64,000 nt of DNA from NCBI GenBank assembly GCA_043228905.1, contig JBHGNT010000012.1, positions 930,001-994,000 of the forward strand, given 5' to 3'. Position numbers and translations under genes: made by a program. Source of the DNA: Azolla caroliniana (lineage: Eukaryota; Plantae; Polypodiophyta). Positions 56,912 through 64,000 of the stretch are shown here, one piece after another (position 1 is the stretch's first letter; each line of letters begins with the position of its first letter). Below the pieces are notes generated by a model. It saw only the letters and a program-made list of their open reading frames with translations. It did no database searches and was not told where the DNA came from.

Positions 56912-59900
56912 ATGGACGAGTTTGCCAACATTCTCGAGCGTGACTATGGCTTGAAGCCAACAGGAAGATCAGCTCCCATGGCATCTGTGAAACCTTCTGT
57001 ACCTCTGTCTGGTTCTTCTTCTTCGATCAGATCCACCACAGCAACCCCTAGAAATGGACCTAATCGATGGACATCTACTCCTATATTGCCTGAAGACGAT
57101 CTGCTTCTCGGAGGAAGAAAGCATGGAGGTAAGTATTCCTCTTCCTCCTCCTCTTCTTCATGCTGGAATGTCTTTAGATCTGTTTTTTGCGTTGTTCTGT
57201 TTGTAGGAAGCTATGGTGATCCTATCTTTGGAGATCCATCTAAGTTCTCTTCTTCGGGTGCTCCAACGCAAACGTCCGACTTCTTCCATGGAATCGACGG
57301 CGTTTTCAAACCCCCATCATCTTCGTCGTCTTCTGTTCAGGGCAAAAACACAGTTTTTCCGCCTTCGGAAGCTCCTCTTTATGACGACGACGATATATTC
57401 GGTGGAATGCCGGGAATCAAAAGCAAAGGATCAGTTCTTGATGACGTTTTTAATCTATCAAGCCCAGCTATGGCACAACCTTCTGTGTCAGTTTCTCAGA
57501 AACCAGAAGTTTATGATGATCTTTTAGGTGATTTTGGTAGAAGCAAGGAGAAAGTTGAGGATGTTAATGCAAAATTTGATATGCCATCGACAACAGCGAA
57601 TAAGGAGTCTGGAATTGAGGAATTGCTTCCTGGATTTGGCAACTCAGAGCCCACCAAAGCAAGGTATGGAAGCTTTTTAGTAATGAAAGCACAGAATACA
57701 AATCATGAAATGATGGATATTCAAACAAGAAAGAATAGAAAATTAGAAAATTATATTTTTCACGAAGGAATATCATTACAACACCTGGGGCACTACCTCG
57801 TGGGCAGGCTTTAAAAAGGAAGATAATGCTTAAGCAGTTTTTCTTAGTAAAAAACATTTTGTGCCGTTGTCGTAAACTTAAGATGATTTGCAGCAATCTA
57901 GGAGTTTGTGATCTTGTAGGAGACTTTTTCGCTGGTTTAAAAGTGTGTTTCAATCAAATTAAAATATAGCAAATACATTAGGATGCCCGTGAACCACTTC
58001 ATGGAGCAACCAATCATGTCTGCCACTATGCCTTTAACCTTTGTTTATCCTGTTCTATGGCTCCATATATCCGTTTCCTAGTTAAGGATGTTGGTATATT
58101 CTCGTGCATTTATGGCTCGTGTGGGGTGGAGATTCTGATATTCCCATCCATAATGAACTTGTATATTGTGGTGTGTAGATCCATGGATTCATATTCGTGA
58201 AACTTTATATCATCTGTGATGGATGTTTGAAGCGTGTGGGCGGCTCTATGGTGCATAGGTAGATTGTGCAGTTTGATTGCATGCCAACATTATTTGTTGC
58301 TGGTTTTCAACAGTAGATGTTAATCACTTGTGATGCATTATCTTATTTAAACAAACAGAGTTTCGTTTCTGCATTCTGAAATTTGTTCAGGTCATCAGGA
58401 GATACAAAACCGCCAAAGCCAATCAATGAGGCAAGGGCCCAAGAAGACCCTTTTTCTGTATTTGGGCAAGAGAGTGTATCTTTGAAGGCTACATCACTTC
58501 CAGAATCAAATATAGATCCTTTTGAAACTACAGCTGCTAGCCTTGGAGGATCAGGCAGAGGAGATTTCACTAATGGTAATGAAAACAGTCACAACCTCAT
58601 CTTCGAGGATAACTCACCAACAGATGGCATGGGACCTGAACTTGGGACATCAGTTGATGCTTCAAAGAAGTATGTACCAAAAAGAAACAAGCCTAGTCCT
58701 TCTCCAAGCCCAAACAAAGCAAGTGAGAGTACGGGCTCTACTGAAGCTAATTTCATACCAAGCAGTTCTGTTGATAAAAATCCTCACAAAGACCGGAAGA
58801 ATGCTGCTCAAAGCCCAACTGTGAATAGTGGAGAGTCTGTGTCATTGGGTCGCTCTTCGGGGAGGAGTGGACATATACGCAATGCTGAAGGTGATGAAAT
58901 TTCAAGAAGGCGAGAATCAGGGGCTTCATCTAGCTATCGGAGAGGGGATGATTCTTCCCAATTTAAAAGAGGTGCAAATGTGGATGAATTTTGGATTTCT
59001 GTTGAAGATGTTAAACTAGTGACACAACCCACTACAGTGCCACCACCATCAAGAACACCTCCAATACCTGGCTCAAAACAGCAAAGGTCTTCCACCGCAA
59101 AATCCTCATCAAGTCGGAGAATGAAAGCGGATCAAGATAAGTCATGGGAGAATGGGCACTCATCATCTGATCCTAATGTGAAGGGAAGTTTTAATAAACC
59201 TGCAAATAATCTCGATGAATTCGAAGACTTTGCCTATGGTGGCCATAAAACATCTTTTAGAGTTTCAAAAAGTGATGCAGCTTCTTCACCTGTCGATGAA
59301 GAAGAAATAGAAGGAAGTGTTGCTGCCACAGCCTCTGGGGCAGCTATGAAGGAAGCCATTGAAAGGGCTGAAGCAAAGCTAAGGCAAGTAAAAGAGGCCA
59401 AAGATAGAGATAGAGGCCAACAAGGCAGAGAAGAAAGGGGGAGATCTAATCAAGAGCCCACGGTTGTGCGGGAGGTAGAAGAAAGAGAGAGAGAAAATAG
59501 AGAACAAGAGGCAAGGGAAAGACGTCGTAGAGGTAGTGAGAATGAAAGGGAAAGGGAGAGGGAGAGAGAAAGAGAGAAGGACAGGGCTAATGAGGTTGCT
59601 AGCCAACAAAGAGAAAGAGGCAGTGCAGATTTGCAAGGAAAAGAATCTCCGAAAGCCGCAGATGCGAAAGCAAAGGCAGATCGCCATGCAGTACAAAAGG
59701 CAATGGCTGAAGCTCGTGAAAGGCATGATCGTGCAGCAATGGAGAAAGCGAAGGCTTCTGAGAGAGAAAGAACAGCTGCTGCAAAGGAGCAGCTAAGACG
59801 AACTGATAATGATATTGAGTCATTTTTCATGTCAAGCACAAGGCCAACCAGTGCACCGAAGCAGAGAACCCAAGCTACGGTAGTTAACATGACATTTATA

Positions 59901-62795
59901 GATAGTTTTAGATTCTCTAAAGAACTAACATATATTATAAGCTAGCTAGATATGGTTTGGGGGAAAAAACTCCAAGATATCCCTGACATTTTCTTTATTT
60001 CCCCGAATGCCCCTTAAGTTTTCATATTTTCCTAGATGCACCTGGTCAACCGCCAAATGAGAAAGGACATTAGCCAGGGTTTGTAAGTTTAAAGATGGTT
60101 ATGCGATCATTGAAGTTATATCTTGTTTCATATTGCCAGGATATGTTCTCAGGACAGCCGTCAAATGAAGGCCAATGGAGGAGCTCTAACTTAGCGCCTA
60201 ATGTCAAGAAAGTACCATCAATGCCAACAATGGCTGATGATCTGAGCGCTATTTTCGGTACCTTTTCTGCCTTCACCTTCTTTTCTTATCATATCTTCGT
60301 TTTTGTGTTCTCTATAAGGAGTTTGATGCTTATCCACATCCTTGGCCATACAACGGAATTGGGGAGAACACACATATATGTGGAGGTCCACCGTATGAGG
60401 CTTTGAGTTCAGAGGTGTATTTTAATTTCATGAACTGTCAAAGAGAATACATGATACATGTAGCACACAGCACAGTATGTGACACACAGTGCATGCTCCA
60501 GAGAGAGCACTACACACCGCATGCATCAGAAAGTGGCAGCGCAACAATGCATGCATGTCGATGCATTTTTTCACTATCTCTAATCATAATTCTGGCTTCC
60601 CATTCTGGCTCGACGCAATGACATTTTCTAGTTCCCCCCCTTGTGTCATCAAAGGAGACTTCTTTCATCAGCCCTACTATTTGTTGTTTTTCTTCACGTA
60701 TCCACATTCTTCTAGTACATTCTCTGAATGTTGAACCCTCTGCCTTTTCCCTTAAAGACATTCCATGTGACACCCACTGCTGGGGGATCTAATTTCCTAA
60801 GAGACTTGAGGTGTCCAGAACATTTCCGCTCTAAAAATCCAAGCGGTGTTTCCATTTGGCTATTTCTATTCCTCTCATGATTTTGCCGGACAGTCAAGAT
60901 CTTCACCGACATTTCTCCATCTTGGAGCTTCACTTCTGCATAGGCTGACCCATTATTCAACAATTTTGTCTTGATCCAGGTTGGTGTTATGTATGGTTCA
61001 CCAAAAATCACAGGATAGGAAGCTGAATCTTGAACAAAGAAATGCTGGTCTGTTGCCACATCCCTATCTTCACTTCGATGTTTGAAGAAGCCCTGAATAA
61101 TTCTTCAGTTTCCTTCATTGCGTCATTGCATAACCTCTGGAGACCAATTTCACAACTTTTGGTTGTATTGACATGGCACTGTTATTCATCCACAGGATGC
61201 ATATTTCCATGAAGTGTACTTTTATTAGGAATACAAACATCATCAGTTCCAAAATTGTCCACTCTCATCATAGCCGAGATTCATCTTGCCAAATGCCAGA
61301 CATATATACAGATTGATTTGTCTTGGTCTTGTTTCATTTTTGAATGAGCTGTAATGTCTCATGTGTTACTGCATACTTTAGTGTACTATTGTTCCTTTTT
61401 TCTTGGATTTTTCAAGTAAATTAATAATCTTTATTTTCATACTGACATAGGTGGACCATCAACACCTGGTGAATTTCAAGAGATCGATGGAGAACCTGAA
61501 GATCGACGCAAAGCTAGATGGGAAAGACATCACAGAACACTTGAACGAGCTGTACCATTTCTATCTTTGATGCTAGACTTTGGTTTGAAAATGAGTTTGT
61601 TGAAATCTTGCTGAGAAGTATTTCTTGCTTTTTTCTTTCACAATAACACTATAATAATGGAGTGTCTTCTTTCACATGAAGTGTATGAATCTGACTGCAC
61701 GCCTTATGTATGTTTTTCATGGAAACTATGCTTAATGGTCATGTGTAGTAGTATAGCAATTTCTTGGAAACTATGCTTAATTCACGTGTAGTATAGCAAT
61801 TTCTTGGAAACTATGCTTAATTCACGTGTAGTATAGCAAAATCCTGGGACAGTTGCTTGTATGTAAACTCCTAAAAATAATGGCCTAATATACTTGATCA
61901 ACAACTTAGCCAACACTTCTCAAAACACAGGAGTTTAGTGGTTAAAGATCGGGTTTCATGCTTGCAGAATGTTGGATTCAATCTTCTTTATAATGACCTA
62001 TTATTCCTTTTCCTTTAACAAAGCTTCTGCCATTATCTTGATAAAATGGCTACAACACTTCAACAACTAATTTCTGATACACAGTCCAAAAAACTTGTAT
62101 GTGATCCCTCGGTAGTGTAGAGAAGATCTGTGGGCCTAATTTTCATTTTAAAATTCAGGCTAAAGCTTTGGATGAGAAACGGGAACGTGATTTGAAGACC
62201 GAAAGAGATCAAGCTGAAAGACATGTAAGAACATATGTTTGTTTTAACATTTGTGTGATTTCAAGCTTCCTTCATTTAAACAAGAATTTGCCATTTTGGT
62301 CTTAACTTTGCAGAGGGCAGGAGAACTCGTGGATGCTGCGATCAAACGTTGGGCTGCTGGAAAGGAAGGGAATTTACGTGCTTTGCTATCAACACTTCAC
62401 CATGTACATTTTTGTTTGAAACCATTTGTGTGTACATTCAGCTTTGCCTAGCATTTCACTAATGTAATCTAATGGACCTGTTTGTTTTTGTAGGTTCTTT
62501 GGCCAGAGTCTGGTTGGAATCCAGTGTCATTGACGGACCTTATTACGAGTGCAGCTGTTAAAAAAGTATACAAAAAGGCTACTTTATGTGTTCATCCTGA
62601 TAAGGTCCAGCAGAAGGGTGCTACAATCCAGCAGAAATATGTTGCGGAGAAGGTCTTTGACCTCTTAAAGGCGAGTTTCCATTTCACCTCTAATGAAGAG
62701 ATTAAGAATAAATAGTTTTGCAATTGTTCGTAATAGTGATCTCTTTCCCTACACAGGAAGCTTCCAATAAGTTCAATTCAGAGGAGCTATACTAG
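56912..62795 (+). CDS. Auxilin-like / auxilin-related J-domain protein (clathrin uncoating co-chaperone)
   Basis: N-terminus [24 protein letters not shown]; [25 protein letters not shown]; LDEFEDFA; [12 protein letters not shown]; [14 protein letters not shown]; [19 protein letters not shown]; [22 protein letters not shown]...[20 protein letters not shown]. Exons ~56912-57128, 57207-57663, 58391-59879, 60140-60257, 61451-61551, 62159-62224, 62315-62403, 62494-62670, 62757-62795. Confidence 0.93.
60712..61260 (-). mobile_element. Fragment of a gypsy-like retroelement aspartic protease region in an auxilin intron
   Basis: [19 protein letters not shown] resembles the C-terminal retropepsin motif (..F.V......ILG.P.). 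No LTRs or RT seen. Confidence 0.5.
61720..61845. repeat. ~41-bp tandem repeat, 3 copies, intronic
   Basis: GGAAACTATGCTTAATTCACGTGTAGTATAGCAATTTCTT is repeated. Confidence 0.88.
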
Positions 62796-64000
62796 TATTT
62801 GAATCTTGCATGAATGAAGAGCTGAATGATTGATGAAGGATCATATGGAGACTGCATGAATCTCGAGATTTCATACTGTGTTCACCCTTTCAGCAGACAC
62901 GGGGATATTGCATGCAAATTCTCACGTCAACTTCATGTTGTTTGCAAACAATATTAAACAATGTTTTCAGAGACGAAGTGCTGCTGGTGATGGTGACATC
63001 AGAATAGAGTCCTGGACGAACCTCACTAAGTGTGATATAGCAATTACTTTAACTCAGGCCCATAAATCTGCAAAATCATGATTTGTGTGGGTTTGGCATT
63101 CAGCCCTCGAAGTTAATATATATGAGCCTTTCTCTATGTGTGTTTTTTGTGTATGCATGACATACTCTATCCTGCCATCCCAGTACAGCTTATCCATATT
63201 TTTAAGTAATGAAAATGATTTGAGCAGCCAGAGTGTATATTTTCTGTATATCACTGATTATATGGTTATTATATCACAGCTTCCGTATGCATTTGATAAA
63301 TCATAGTACTAAAGCGTATGGTTATTTTTCTGCTGATTTGAATATCTAACACATTATTTTAAGATTAGATTTCATGTTTGCACTTCTGGACATTTTCTGA
63401 TTCCCATGACCAACGTTTTCTTAATCCAAGTGAGAATTAAATAATTTGTACATATAAATCATACTACAGATATGTGAACTTCATTTGAAGTCTTTTGCTC
63501 CAATGTTGAGAATCACAAGATAATAATGAAGTTGTGCTTCATAGTTAATTTTTGTTTGAGATGGGATGATATTGTAACCATTATCATTTGGCAAATTGGC
63601 AGCAATTGTGGATAGTTACTGTCCTTAAGTAGTTGCGTGCAGACAAAAGAGAACTTCATTGTCGATTTTAAAACAAAACTACTAAGGTAATCAGTATACA
63701 CTCTGATTATTATATGATTTGAAGTCATAAATCGTAGTCTTCATGTGGTGTAGTTTCCTGAATCTTCTTCATCTGACATTGATAGCATGTACTTAAAACT
63801 CATTCTCTTTCTTGACATGGATAGCATGTCCTATAAGCATCCTGGAATCTTATTCATTTGATTTGAGTCTACTTAGAAAACCATTTTCTTTCTTAAAAGT
63901 TATTCAATGAAGATTCTTGAATTGTTTCTTTTGATCAACTCATACACGAAACTCACTTTCTTGATCATCGCTAGCAGTTTTACAAGCATCCTGTAATCTA

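Overview
Eukaryotic, AT-rich, intron-rich land-plant nuclear DNA. The Sfi1-like centriolar gene and the LINE types suggest a lineage with flagellated sperm, most likely a fern (inference). Five multi-exon genes were reconstructed by eye: peroxisomal glycolate oxidase (+, 4754-8074), a divergent RabH/Rab6 GTPase (+, ~11357-14845), a two-exon CYP71-clan P450 (-, 22387-19199), a large coiled-coil protein with Sfi1-like Trp repeats (-, 48103-35278) and an auxilin-like J-domain protein (+, 56912-62795). Mobile DNA includes a very young, complete Ty1/copia element (25671-31241; TCTAG target duplication, one premature TAG in pol) nested in an L1 remnant, an older copia remnant, RTE-type LINEs and their short 3' ends, a hAT-type MITE, a tRNA-like SINE/repeat family and a gypsy protease fragment. 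Several tandem arrays are also present. I found no CRISPR array, rRNA or convincing functional tRNA, and no clearly novel multi-gene system. The most noteworthy observations are inverted LINE ends bracketing the P450 heme exon, the Sfi1-like gene with a possible alternative terminal exon, a tandem repeat that amplifies a GOX splice donor, and the young copia with a single stop. Exon limits were read manually and may be off by a few bases.
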